Of a stretch of 64,000 nucleotides of DNA, positions 49,414-61,889 are shown one piece after another; positions within the stretch are counted from its first letter, which is position 1, and each line of letters opens with the position of its first letter. The translations under genes and the position numbers were made by a program. The notes beneath the pieces are model-generated. The model was not told where the DNA came from. It did no database searches and saw nothing but the letters and a program-made list of their open reading frames with translations. Location: NCBI GenBank assembly GCA_047495785.1, contig JBLDXI010000016.1, positions 682,001 through 746,000 of the forward strand. The letters run 5' to 3'. Origin of the DNA: Lepidodermella squamata (lineage: Eukaryota > Animalia > Gastrotricha).

Positions 49414-50989
49414 ATGGCCTTTTACCGAACGCTTGAGGTTGTGAAGAACGCAACCCTACCAGCTCGAGCATTGTTTTACCTAGTGACGCCTGCAGAATCT
49501 TCGCCAGGAAAAATTGAAGATGTTCCCGATTTCATAACAGCGAGTTTCCCATACTTCATGGCTATGGTTGTAATGGAAGTAGCCACGTCGTTCTTCCTTC
49601 GAAAACACAGCTATCAATGGAACGATATGATGACTTCAGTTTCGTCCGGCTTGTTCTCCAGAATTGTTGAGTAAGATAGCATGGCAATTTCAAACATCCA
49701 GTATTTATACGTGATGTTTTCTCCAGTTTGTTCCCAAAAAGCATAGATTTAGCAGGTTATCTCTACGTTTGGAGCAACTGGCGGCTTATTGAAATGCCGA
49801 GCGATTCTACTTGGACATGGATTTTCTGCTTGCTTGCCTTTGATCTGGGTTATTATTGCTTCCACAGAGCTGCACATGGTACGTTAATTCATCTCATAAT
49901 TTCCAGTTTAATATCTATGTTTGGATCGAATTTTGCAGAGATCAGCTTTTTATGGCTTTTTCACCAAACTCACCATAGCTCGGAGTACTACAACTTGTCA
50001 ACAGCATTGAGGCATTCAGTGATTGCGAAATTTGCCATTGTTGTAAGTTTTTCGAAACAGCTGCATTTCTGCTATAAAACAAAGATGTTGGATAGATGTT
50101 TTACCTGCCCATTGCACTTTTCGTACCGCCTCCAATTTATCTGGTTCACATGCAACTGAACACACTTTATCAGTTCTGGATCCATACCGAGCTCGTCGGC
50201 AACCTTGGTCCGCTTGAGTTGGTCCTCAATACTGCCAGTCACCATCGAGTTCACCATGGCCGTAATCCTTACTGCATCGACAAAAACTACGCTGGTTTTC
50301 TCATCATCTGGGATCGTCTATTCGGCACTTTCGCAGCTGAACGTGAAGAGGAGAAAGTCCATTACGGCCTTATCCACAACATCAAAGACTTCGACGCTCT
50401 CTGGGTTCAGGTTTGCTCTATCAACGATATGTGGCGCAAGTTCAGGGCTAATTTGAGATCGACAAAGTATCACGGGTTGGATAAGGTGAAAAACTGCTTG
50501 AAATCAATATTCTATGGACCGGGTTGGTTTAGCAGGAAGCCGCACTTCCGCTTAGGAGATCCAGCTGACCTACCCCCAGTTGAGACGAACCCGAAAAGAT
50601 GGGACCCATACGTTCCAATGTGGCAAAGCGTCTACGCCGGAATGCATTTCCTTATCGCAACTGTGATTCATTCTCTTGCGACGCAGAAGAAAATGTCACA
50701 CATTGGTTTCATGGTAGCTGGTATGACAATTCTGACCGCTATGTCTGTCGGTTACATCTTCAATCGCAAGAAGCACGCCAAGATTTTCGAAATCGCTCGA
50801 TGCTGTGTCATGCTAGCCGTATCACCTTATGTACTTGGATTGATTGGAATGCCAGCTCTTGCAACTCCGCTGCAAGTGGTCTTCGTTCTTTCGGCGATAA
50901 TTTGGAGTTTTGCGGGTAGTAACCCTGATCTTAACGAAAGCTCTTCTGAGGGAGATCAAGTGAAACAAGACTCCAAGAAGGCGCATTGA
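49414..50989 (+). CDS. AGMO: Alkylglycerol monooxygenase paralogue 4
   Basis: Four exons; [43 protein letters not shown]. Confidence 0.93.
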
Positions 50990-51495
50990 TTTTCCACTTT
51001 AGGTCAAAAATAAATTGTTATGAAGACGCTTAAAACCATGAAACAAATGGATCTGCATCAATAAAATCCACATTGTTTTACGCTTAAGAAAACTCAGGAA
51101 TTGAGACATTGAATTCTTCTGAATTTTCAAAGCAACCAGATATAAAACTGCATTAATAGAAATCAAAACTGGCTCAATTCAGGGCATCATTGAAAACGCA
51201 AGAAATAGCGAAAAAAACAAGCGTTGACCTTGTTTCGCAAAAACGCGCTAAACGTGACAAACGGCACCGCCCACATCACGCCGGCGTGTTGTTGTTTTCG
51301 CTGTTTTACATCGCCGTGTTTGCGGTTGAAACGAAAGAATTACGCGCGCGCGCACAAAACTGGTCGTGCAAACAGCGCCCAAATCACCACTCGCAAACAC
51401 GCAGCGCGTAAACAGCAGCGCCAGAAACTCTCACATTGCTCGGACCCCAGAATTCCTGAAATTGTACATCAAATTCACTTCAGAGAAATCTGCAC

Positions 51496-54400
51496 ATGTC
51501 CCAACTGTTTTTGATCGCTGTACTATGCGCCGTTCAGCTGAGCGGCGCCATTCGAACTTCGATGGCTTATTCCAATGTCGTCAAGCAATGGTCAGTTAAC
51601 GGGAAGCTAGCCTTCCTCGGCGCAATGCGGGACGAGTGCCTCAAAGATGGGAACAACTGCGAAGACGGCTTCACCGTGGGAATGTGGATCCGCACCACGG
51701 CAACCCAAACAAACACCCAATCTCCTATACCACGAATGATGAAAAGGGCCCCGCAATCAGGTGACGCCGATAGCCGCGACACTGCGTCATACCTAGTCTC
51801 AAACGGCGGCCAGTCGTCTCGCTCGAACGGTTTTTACGTTCGGCGAACAACAGCGCCGGATGAGTTTGAAGTTGGTGTTGCGCATCGCGAGCAACTTTGG
51901 CGCATTTCAGTGTATCTGAGGCAGCAGAAAACGGTTCATTTTATATTCACGTGGCGGGCTACGGATGGCCTGATGGTCTATATTGACGGGCTCCTTGCGG
52001 CTAATACAAGCGAATCGATGCAACGCGAATATTTCGATTATAAAAACGATACAGGCGATCCTTTCCCGCATTTCGTGGCCAACGGGGATTCTTTAGCTTT
52101 CCACCAACTTTTCGACTCCGTAACCTTCCTGCCAACTCTTGACATAACCGAACCCGGGCACGTTATCAACGTAAGCTACTACCACGAATGGAAATCTGAA
52201 ATCAACATCGGCCTAATGACGCTCGACTACGACGATCGCCTTGTCGCTGGGTGCTTCTTCGAAATCCCTTTCGGAGCTGAGTTAATCACGCCGCATGGAA
52301 ATTATTCGAAAGATTCCGGCTTGTCAAAGCAACAAGAGTTGAGTTTGATCTACTTCAAATGCCGCAATGATTGCGTTGTGAGGAATAACCCGAAGGAACC
52401 CTGGCTAGCCTGGCTGGCTATTGTCGACCCTAGAACCTTGAACTGCTACTGCCTCGAGGCTGATTCCTACTTCGAATCTCACCAAAATCTAGTTGATGGG
52501 TCTTCGACTTGTCAAAACACCCTACGCCAAACCAAGGCGCAACTATCGAATGTCGCCCTGTTGAAACCACCTGTTGCTAAGGTGATCAAATCAGCTGTTG
52601 TTGAAGTTACGCAAAAGCCGGCTACAACAATTGACATTTTCAAAAAATTCAGTATTACTGTGCCGTCTATGAAGTGCTTTTTCGTGGTAAATGGCGAGTT
52701 TGGAACGTATGATAAGGCGTCCAGTGCGTGCCGCCGGCGAGGCGCCCAATTAGCCAGCTTAATGAGCGAAATTGATGAACTCTATATGCAAAGCCAATTG
52801 AGTAAGTTTTTCAGGGGCTTTTCAGGGATTTTAACTATCCCGGCACCGCAGTGTAAAATTTTGAAAGCTTCGAAAAATGAAATTTTCTCAAATTTAAAAT
52901 TTCGAAAATTCAAAAACATTTCATTTAATTTGAAATTTGAAATTTGAAAGTTGGTCGCCTGACATTTGAGTACCGCGACACTTGCGCCGCGACACTTGCG
53001 CCCCGACAATTGAGTACCGACATTTGCGCCCAGCTTTAACTTGCGCCCGACGACACTTGCGCCCATTTACAAAAATAATCAATTTATTTCAACTTGCGCC
53101 CAAGCTGGCGACATTTGCGTCCTAAAACACTTGCGCCCAGGACTCAACTGTCGCCGAAATTAAATAAATAAATAGATAGAAACGGGGGAAGAGTTCAAGA
53201 TTTTTTCACCAGTTTTTCAAATAAAGACTAGGGCTTTTGGGAATAAGGGAATACTCTATGGCAAACCATGGAGAAATAAAATTTCTCCCCGATCTGGAAC
53301 CCCGAGCGAGTTTGGCGCAGCCAAACGAATCGAGGGGTTCCAGAGAGGGGGGATATAATTTTCGCCTTCAAATTTAAAAAAATGCGCAATATTCGTGTTT
53401 TTTGGCCAAAACATGACCCTGAATGTGCCGCGTGGACTCCGATCTGGCACCAATCGATAGCTCTAAAATTACAGCAATCGATTGATATATGATATATGAT
53501 GATCCATAGTGAGCCTTACGGTTCGGCCACTTATGGGAATTGAAAATATCGCTTGTTATCCCGTATAAGCTTGAGATCCTCTATATACGCACAACATATA
53601 CGTTAACAATAACAGCGAGTAAATTCAGAATATAACTGGGCGCAAGTGTCGCGGGCTGAACTCAAGTGTCGCCGGGCGTATCTGTCGTGTGTGCAAATGT
53701 CGCCCCTGAATATTTCAATATGGGCGCAAATGTCGCGTACTCAAGTGTCGTTTTTAAAACGGGGCGCAAGTGTTTTTGGGCTCATTTGTCGGGGCGCAAG
53801 TGACGGGGCTTAAGTGTTGCGGTACTCATTTGTCGGCACACCAAATTTTGTAAAAATTTGAAAATTACTCAAATTTAATATTTCGCAAATTAAAAAAAAT
53901 TAAATAAATTATTTGAAATTTTTTTAATTTTTTTAATTTAAAAGAAATCCAAGCAACTGAGTTTTGGCATTCACAGCTAAAAAAAGTGTACATTTTCCTA
54001 AAATATTTTATTTTGTTAGGCTGGGAGCCAATAACTGGAGTTAACAAATCGAGGCAAAAGCTAGTTTGGCTGCAATCAAGGAATCCAGCTCAAAATACCT
54101 GCGATTTCTGCTCGCTTGCTGATGAAAACTGCCAATTTCTTACCAATACAGTAATCTACTTTTTTACAAAATTTAACAATACATTTTTCAATTTAATTTT
54201 TAGCACCGGGAAAAATGTGATTGCCAATGCGTGAATGCCAGTAACGATACGTTATCCGTCGATAATGCGGTCGGAGCCTTGTGCGAAAAAATCGCCTTCG
54301 ATTTGCCTACAGAGCCAAGTGTTGGAAAAGGATTCTGCGGAGTGGTATGTCAACCTTAAAAATTATTTCTTAAATCGCAATAATTTTTAAAAATCTACAG

Positions 54401-55005
54401 CCTGCAGTTTCGATGGAGTCGAGTAATGCATTCATCACAGTTGGAGAGACGGTGAAAACGTTCTACGTCCTACCCGGCAAAATGAGCTGGGACGACGCGG
54501 TTGAGGAGTGTGAAAAGTCAAAATTGGGCGGAGCTTTAGCCTCGATACGATCTCATGAAGAAAACGGCGCCGTTCAACGCGAACTCCATGACAGTAATTT
54601 TCAGCAATTAACCAAACATTTAAAAATCGTAATTTCAATTTTCAGTGTGGTCTGAAAAAACAAGTTCGGAATTTCATTCTATGGAACCAGTTTGGATCGG
54701 CGCCAGACGTTCAGCGCCCCACAGGCCTAATTTTGTATGGCTCGATGGCACGCCGGTAGTTTTCACGGCTTGGGTAATCGGAGAGCCGAATAACGCCATT
54801 GAAAAAAGTGTTCCCGATGGTTTGAAAGGCGAGGAATGCGTCGGAATCTGGCCAAACTGGTCCTCGGGGAATGTGAGAATTTTTCGAAATTTTTTTGAAT
54901 TTTGTTGTAATTTCGAGGCATTTTCAGATGGCTCGCGGGTGGAACGATTTTAACTGCTTCGAAAACCGGACGATGAATTTTGGGGCTCTTTGTGAAACAT
55001 ACTGA
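51496..55005 (+). CDS. Secreted multidomain lectin: LamG/pentraxin-like + WSC-like + two C-type lectin domains
   Basis: Signal peptide; GFTVGMWIR...HFIFTW..DGLMVYIDG (LamG-like); GCF..C...C..CYC (WSC-like). The second CTLD has WIG, WLDG, EPN, EEC and WNDFNC...C. Stop at 55003-55005; no TM segment. Confidence 0.78.
52951..53844. mobile_element. ~0.9-kb foldback/MITE-type element inside intron 1 of the lectin gene
   Basis: ~70-bp imperfect terminal inverted repeats. Arrays of GACACTTGCGCC on the left are mirrored by GGCGCAAGTGTC on the right. No clear TSD. Confidence 0.8.
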
Positions 55006-55624
55006 ATGCTCAAAATATATCAAATTATTCATGAAATATCTTTTCAGTGATATTTCTTCGGCTCAGAATTGCACTGTATGTAATTAGCCCGGATTCGCTT
55101 GGGTGCACCCACATTATATGAATTCTTATGTTTGAACCCGATAACTGCTGAATAAAGCTCAATGTGCTGCGGATTCAAAGTCCCATTTTTTCCCATTTTT
55201 AAACCTTCGCGAGTCTGAATGCTGAATTATTTGCTTTACTTGTCCCACTTTACTGCTGTTTAAACTGAGTTCGAAACCAATATTTTTCCGAAATTAAAAA
55301 AATTAGAGATAAATTACCAAAACTCGCTTTTATTAATTCTCATAATAATTCGATAAAATTCGTAATAATTCATTTGATAAAGAATCACGTCTTGTCAATA
55401 TTACATTTCGATAAATCATGAATACAGCAGTCATTTTGTCGCCATAAAAATTTGTTGTTGAGCAGTTAAAACCGGGCAAAATTATGAGCAGAAAATTTTG
55501 ATTCAAATCACCGAGATTTGTTTCCAAAGAATGCAGCAGATAAAACAAAAATGTTTCAGAAAAAATTATCGGAAAATCTTACATGCAATAATATATAACA
55601 ATAAATGTTGTCACTTGAATTTTT

Positions 55625-58600
55625 TCAATCCATTTTATCGCGGGTCGCCTCGGTCTCGCTCGAGTGAACCACAACAGCCGGGTAGATCTCGACACCATTT
55701 TCCGAATTTTCAACCTTCGAAGCCACAATTTTCGGAGATAAAGGTTGCTGCTCAATGACAACAGCGGACGGGTTCGAACTGGCTGAACTCGGCGATAGGC
55801 GTTTCGAGGCCGATTGAATTGAAACCATGACAATGCCGCTAGAGTTCATGTCGCTGTTTTCGCGATGAGACAGAGTTCGGGCCAGATTTGACATCAAAGC
55901 ATCGCCAGACCAGGAATCAGCACTTTCGTTTTCGTTGCTGAGGCGTGGTTGAGAGCCAGTCGATTTCGGCCGATTGCTACCATTCTTCGACGCAGAGGAT
56001 TTCGGAGTGAGCCTGTTCGCAAAAATATAATGGATATAAAAAATGGATAGAAAAGTTATTGAACATATGTTTGTCGAAAGCCAAGCTAATTTTGACGTAA
56101 AAAACGGACAACCACTCGCCAAGTCAACAATAAATTTGATATGTTCCGTAATAATATCTCAACTTAAGGCGGATACTTTCTACTTTTTTTAGTGTGATCG
56201 AAATTACCAAATTTTGCATTTTCGAAGTTGAAAAAGTTGAAAAAGCCTGAACACAAAAAGCTAAATTTGATATTGCCTTTTTGCTAAATTTTTGCTGTAT
56301 CTACAAAAGCCCGCTTAAATTCTTGAAATTCGTAAAAATAATTAGTCAAATTTCATAAAATTTTAACGATTCAAAAATAAAATCAATCTGATTTCGGACC
56401 TCATTTTGGGAAATTTTGCATTTTTTGTTCACTTTCGCATTTTAAATTGCTTATTTAAGATATGTGCAGCAAACAGGTGCGAAAAAGCCCCTGTGAGATT
56501 TCATGGTCTGCCTTTCTTTATTATTTAGAATCGGAAGTTCTCAACTTTTTCGATTTTTGATCGATTAATTTTAAACTTTGCCAGTGGTTTTCCATAAAAA
56601 AACGTGCAATTCATTTTTTTGAAGCAAATTTTCGGTGAGAAGATTTTTCAAATCTGAGTTTAATTTTGAATCATTTTTGGGGTGGGGTTTCGGGTTTTTC
56701 TGCACACGCAAACCTAACAAATTTAAACCCCTTGAAAAATGCATTGGTTCAAGTGCTTATCAATAATTCCATCCATTTACATCCAGTATGAAAATTGAAT
56801 CGACGAGGACGAACCCTTTTTTAGCTGATTGATGAGCGATTTCATCTGCCCCAGCGGCGTGGCCACGCTTCGACGGCTTGCGCGTGAATTCCAGCAACTC
56901 GACATGCTCATTCGACCCATGATCAGCAACTCCATGGCCATTAGCCCGGCCATTTCCCAGCCGTTTATGCCCACCGTTGCCATTCACCGCAATCGATTTC
57001 ACGCGCATGCCATGGTCAGAATCGCCAGAGTCATCAGAATCCGAGCCAGAATCAGTCGAGCCGTCTTCATAGTCAGAAATCACATACTGAACACGCCGCG
57101 CGTTAGATTTGAGGAAATTTTCAATCGAATCAGTCGCCTGCGCTTGACTCGGGCTAGTTTTCACCGCCGCGGCCGTTAAATCGTCCATAGAAACACTGCC
57201 GACAGCCAACGGAATCGCCGACCCGAAAAAGTGAGGCTCATACGCCAACTGAGCGGCTAGTCGCATTGAATGTTCCGACTGAGCCGCGGCTAATCTCGGC
57301 GAAATCGGAATTGTAACCACGGCTTCGATCGATTTCTCCGACGCCTCCTCGGGAATTGGCGTCAAATCGTCGAGATTTTTACGTTTCGCCAACATCGCCT
57401 CAACATTCTGCTCACCAAACGCTGATCCATTCAAGGAGGTTTGAGTTCCATCAAATTCAACCTCGTCCTCATCGACTAGAATATCACCCCAGCGAGAAAC
57501 GTGGCGAAAGTGGTCGATATCAAGCACTTCGATATGCTTCCGCAAATTATCATTCAGCCTCGCGAAAACAACGGAACGATTCAATCGATAGGCCAGCAGT
57601 AACACCTGTCGAATGCCTTGAAGAGCCGTGAAGTCTAGCCCAGTGATAAATTGGCAGTCAATAATGATTTGACCCACGTCTTTCGACAAAATCTTCGACA
57701 TTCGATCGGTGAAACGGTCAACGCTCGGGAATTGCAGGCCCTGTTGCAGCCGGACGATGACAATTCGTTGAATTTGCTGCGATGAATTCTGTTTTTGCTG
57801 CTCGTCGATTGACGGCGGCGTTTGAAACGGCGTCGATTCAATCGAGCCGTTTTTACGCGTTTTCGTCGATTTCGGCGTCGTGAAATTCGACTGGTCATTT
57901 TGCGCCGAAAGGTGCTCGGTTACAATTTTAAGACGGACAACTGGGGCGAGTAGCATAGCTAACGAGATCGAAATTCCAACAAGAATTCCCTGCCACATGT
58001 TCGTGAATAGAGATGCGAAGAATGTAGCGGCTAGCGGTATCAAATCCCACCGCCATTCCTTCCAGATATGAGCAACAGTCGCTAGATCGATCAACGAAAA
58101 TCCGGCTGATGTGATAATCGCCGCTAGAGCACCTCTAGGAATGAAATAAAACACCGGAGTGGCGAATAGGGCGGCGATAATGACAAGCAGAGCTGATAAA
58201 GAACCGGCTAGTGGCGTGGAAACTCGGCATTGGTCGTTTAAGGCGGATCGAGTGACTGCGGCTGTGATGGGCATTGCGTTGAAAAACGACCCGGCTACAT
58301 TAGCCACGCCTACTGCGATCAATTCCTGCGAATGATCGACTTTGTAGTGGTTTTTACGGCCCAGAGCTTTGGTAATCGCGAAGAGTTCTAGCATCGTCAT
58401 CAGAGGAATAACAGCTAGGGCCATGTTGAGATCGTGAAAAATTTGTGAAAACGATCGAACAACAAGAGCTGAACTAGTCCCATTGCCGATTTTCGTCTCG
58501 TTAAAAATGTTGAATTTCGGCAGGCTGGGTATTGGCAGTCCTGATGGTAGGTAAGCAATTCGAGTCAATGGGATTGTCGGGTCAGAGCGCATGATAATGA

Positions 58601-59575
58601 AGGAGAAAAGCGTTGATAAAGCAACAAGAATGACGTTTCGACTGGCGCAGATTAGGCGGACTATTTCAGTGGTACGAGAACCAGGTCGCACAGATTTGAA
58701 ACGGTTATTTACGATGCCGGGCAAACGTTGCAAGATCATTAGAAAAACCAAGCCGCTTGTACCCAAAAACAAGTCCGCGAAGCTGAAAACTTTGCATTAA
58801 AATATAGATTACGGCTTAGCTTGAAGACTTACTTCATTTTGGTAAAATTTCCAATGACGTGCGCGAGTTGCTGATACGGCGAAGCGCCTTGACTTGGTAT
58901 CCCGAATAGATTCTGAAATGTACCAATCTCAATCACCGAAATTTTGTTGAAGATTTTTCTTACCCCAAGCTGGTTAATTATAATTATCAGACCAGCCGCC
59001 GACGTGAAGCCGCTGATAACAGGTATGGAGAACATGTTGACCAAGAAACCGAGTCGCAGGAAGCCCATCGCGATGAGGATAATGCCACAAAATAGCGACA
59101 TTAGTGTAGTATAGATAGGATTTTGAGTGCCGAGTCCAAGCATGACCTGACCAACAAGCATAGACAACAAATTGGTAGGGCCAAGACCAGCATCTTTGGA
59201 TGTGCCAAGCAGCGTGTAGACAAATAGACCGATGAAGCTGCTATATAATCCATACTGAAAAGAAAATGTGTAATTACCTGCTGCAGTAAGTCAAGTCATA
59301 CCTGAGGGGGAAGATTGGCAACTTGAGCAAATGCTAGGGCTTGGGGAACAAGAGTTAAGCCAACTGTTATTCCGGCAATCAAATCGTTCTTGACAAACGA
59401 CAATCTGGAAGAGAATCAATAGGGATAATTAAAAATTAACAATATTAATAGCAAATAACTTGTAGCTGGGGAGCCAGTTGCATATCGGCACGAAGCGTTT
59501 GAGCCGTTTAGAGTTGCAGTATTTCTTCAAAATAGGTCCAATGCCTCGCCATTTTACAGGTGTCGAGCAGCCCAT
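55625..59575 (-). CDS. SLC26 anion transporter, SLC26A11-like, with STAS domain and long C-terminal tail
   Basis: WLPSY, DLIAGITVGLTLVPQALAFA, YGLYSSF..GTSKD..GPT, PVISGFTSAA, QELIAVG, and STAS (LQFPSVD..IIIDC..LDFTAL). The last exon (56012-55625) is joined by an 802-nt intron. Confidence 0.88.
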
Positions 59576-60645
59576 TTCAACAAAAATAACCTAAATCGTG
59601 ATAGGAAAGGCAATTATTTGAAAGCTTCAAGGAAAAAGAGTCGTGAAATTGTTAGACAGCATGGCACAAGTTGACAAATGGCAGCAAGCATCGATGTTTC
59701 CTGAGACATGTGGCGGGTGAGCCTGATCTAAAAGGATCTGATACACGATACACGATAGAAAACTAAAGATTAATCAGGGCGAAGCAAAGACAACTGACAA
59801 ATGGCTAACGGGATTGCTCACTCAAACAGCAAGAATGGGCTTAACAAAATGGCTACAAGTCATAGATCATTGGCAGCTCGGTGACAGCTGAGAAGACTTC
59901 GTTTGAATTTAGCGGCTTTTGGCATTAGTAAATAAAAAAGCATGCGGCGAAAAAATGAGAAAATAGATAAAATAAGGATTGCTTTTATTTTGAGTTTAAT
60001 GGAAATATTTGCAAAATTAATGTGAAAATGATTTGTCATTTGGCGGGTTTTCCTGTTCGATTTTCGCGATTCGATTTGATATTTTTCGGTTGGGTTTCTT
60101 GCTGCCCTCTCTCATCTCCCAGTTTATGCAGTCTCAGAAATCACGAAACACGATAGCATTATTTCGCTCAACAATCCTGCGCAATGATCAAATCTGCGTG
60201 TGAAAATTTTCGCCTGAAATTACCGTTTGCTCGGCCATTCTATTGATATATTTTCGTGTCTTTTTGTGATTACCCTTAATCAGCCTTTTTGGGGCCGCGC
60301 CCAACTTCTTACGACCTTGTGGCACATCCTAACGGGATGAATCATGCAGAAAGCTTATTAATATCGCTTAGTTTGCCCCACAAGGGTAATTATCTCAACG
60401 CACATGAGATTCGCTTAGTATTAGAAGCGGGTACATTCATCGGCTTTGTTAATTTGAAAGCTCTAAGAGTGGTCTCAACATTCCTACGTTGAAAAAATTA
60501 TTAAAAAAAACGGGGGATAAAACGATAGAGCATCCGAGAATAGGCTACTTAATTCATCAACACATCCATCCTATTAGTCGTTAATGATCTACATGAAATG
60601 TATTCCCCTTTTTTTTAGTTTTTTACTTCTGTCCTTCGAAAAGAC

Positions 60646-61889
60646 ATGGAAGAACTGTGGACTCTCCGGCCGCCGATGAAACTGACGGCTCACATCAATT
60701 TCAAGGCAATATTACCAAACGCCACAAGCAGTGTACAGCGAGTTTGCAGTCAGGCTGATGCTAGTCGACGAGATTTGCTGACAGCTCTCGGATCGGACCC
60801 CGAAAAAGCCACGCCTGATGCCTGTGGCTTGATAAAGCATCTCGAAACTTACCTCTCAATATTAAGCGGAGGTCTTCAACAATCAGTACTCCAGGACTCA
60901 GTGCCATCGTCATGGTCTGAAACGTTGGCCCAGTCATCAAAAACCAAAGTCGACAAGAAAGATGTCGCCTTCGAATACGGCAATATGCTTTTTAACTGCG
61001 CGTTGTGGCACGCGAAACGTGCTGCTTATATAGTCAAGCAGAAAGGTGCAACGCCAGTCCAACTCGAAGCTAACATGAAGGAAGCTTATGTGCTGCTGCG
61101 TACCGCGGTAGGCATGTTGGCACACATTGAACGAGATATCACGTCAAAACTGAAGGCTAGACCCGAGCCATTTAGCGACTTGGATGCGAAAACTCTTCAG
61201 CTGTATCAAAACCAGTTTCTAGCGGAAGCGCAAGAAATAGCTGTAAGTAATTCATTTTAACGTGTTCAATAATTACGAAGTGTACTTATTTATAGTTGAA
61301 GCGAGCGATTGATGCAAAACAAGCGAATGACATAGTTTGCCCGCTGGCAGCTGAAACCGCGAAGCGTTTCGGCGAACTAGCAACTGGTCTTCAACAAACC
61401 GCAAACCTGCCGACTACAGTCAGCAAAAACGCTATCGAACGATGGCGCAAATATGGCGAGGTGAAACGCGCTTTCTGGCAGGCCGTCAGCCGTTGCTACC
61501 AAATCGAAATTCTACTCGGTCAAAATCAAGCCCCACCGGCGTTGAAATGCGTTGAAGATGCAAAAGCTCAAGCTGCGCTATTCGCCAGTGAAGCGGCTAA
61601 AAATCGCAGTGATGTCGGCGGCGTTCCAGACTCGACCTTTCATTTCGTTTCAAAACTGGTCGAGAAAACAGCGAATAAATGCCATACTGAAAACGTGCTG
61701 CTACACCATGCTAAAGCGGCTGCAGAAATGCCGGCCTTAATTGCTAATGCCCAGTTTGGCGTGGCTGCGGCCGCTCAGTTCGATCAGCCGCCAGCGCACC
61801 CGTTATGGGCTGAAGTTTTGCCGCCTAATACCGGCGCGCCGAATAATGCACAGGCTAACAAGGACTCGTCATCGTGCAATGTGATGTAG
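60646..61889 (+). CDS. BROX: BRO1-domain and CAAX-motif protein (2 coding exons)
   Basis: R.PMK.T at the N-terminus, FEYGNMLFN.ALWH.K.A, DLD...LAEAQEI, LAAETAKRF and EN..L.H, ending in the CAAX box CNVM. Confidence 0.85.

Noticed and set aside
53250-53620. Possible nested insertion in the centre of the foldback element
   Set aside because: The candidate inverted ends are too short and imperfect to support.
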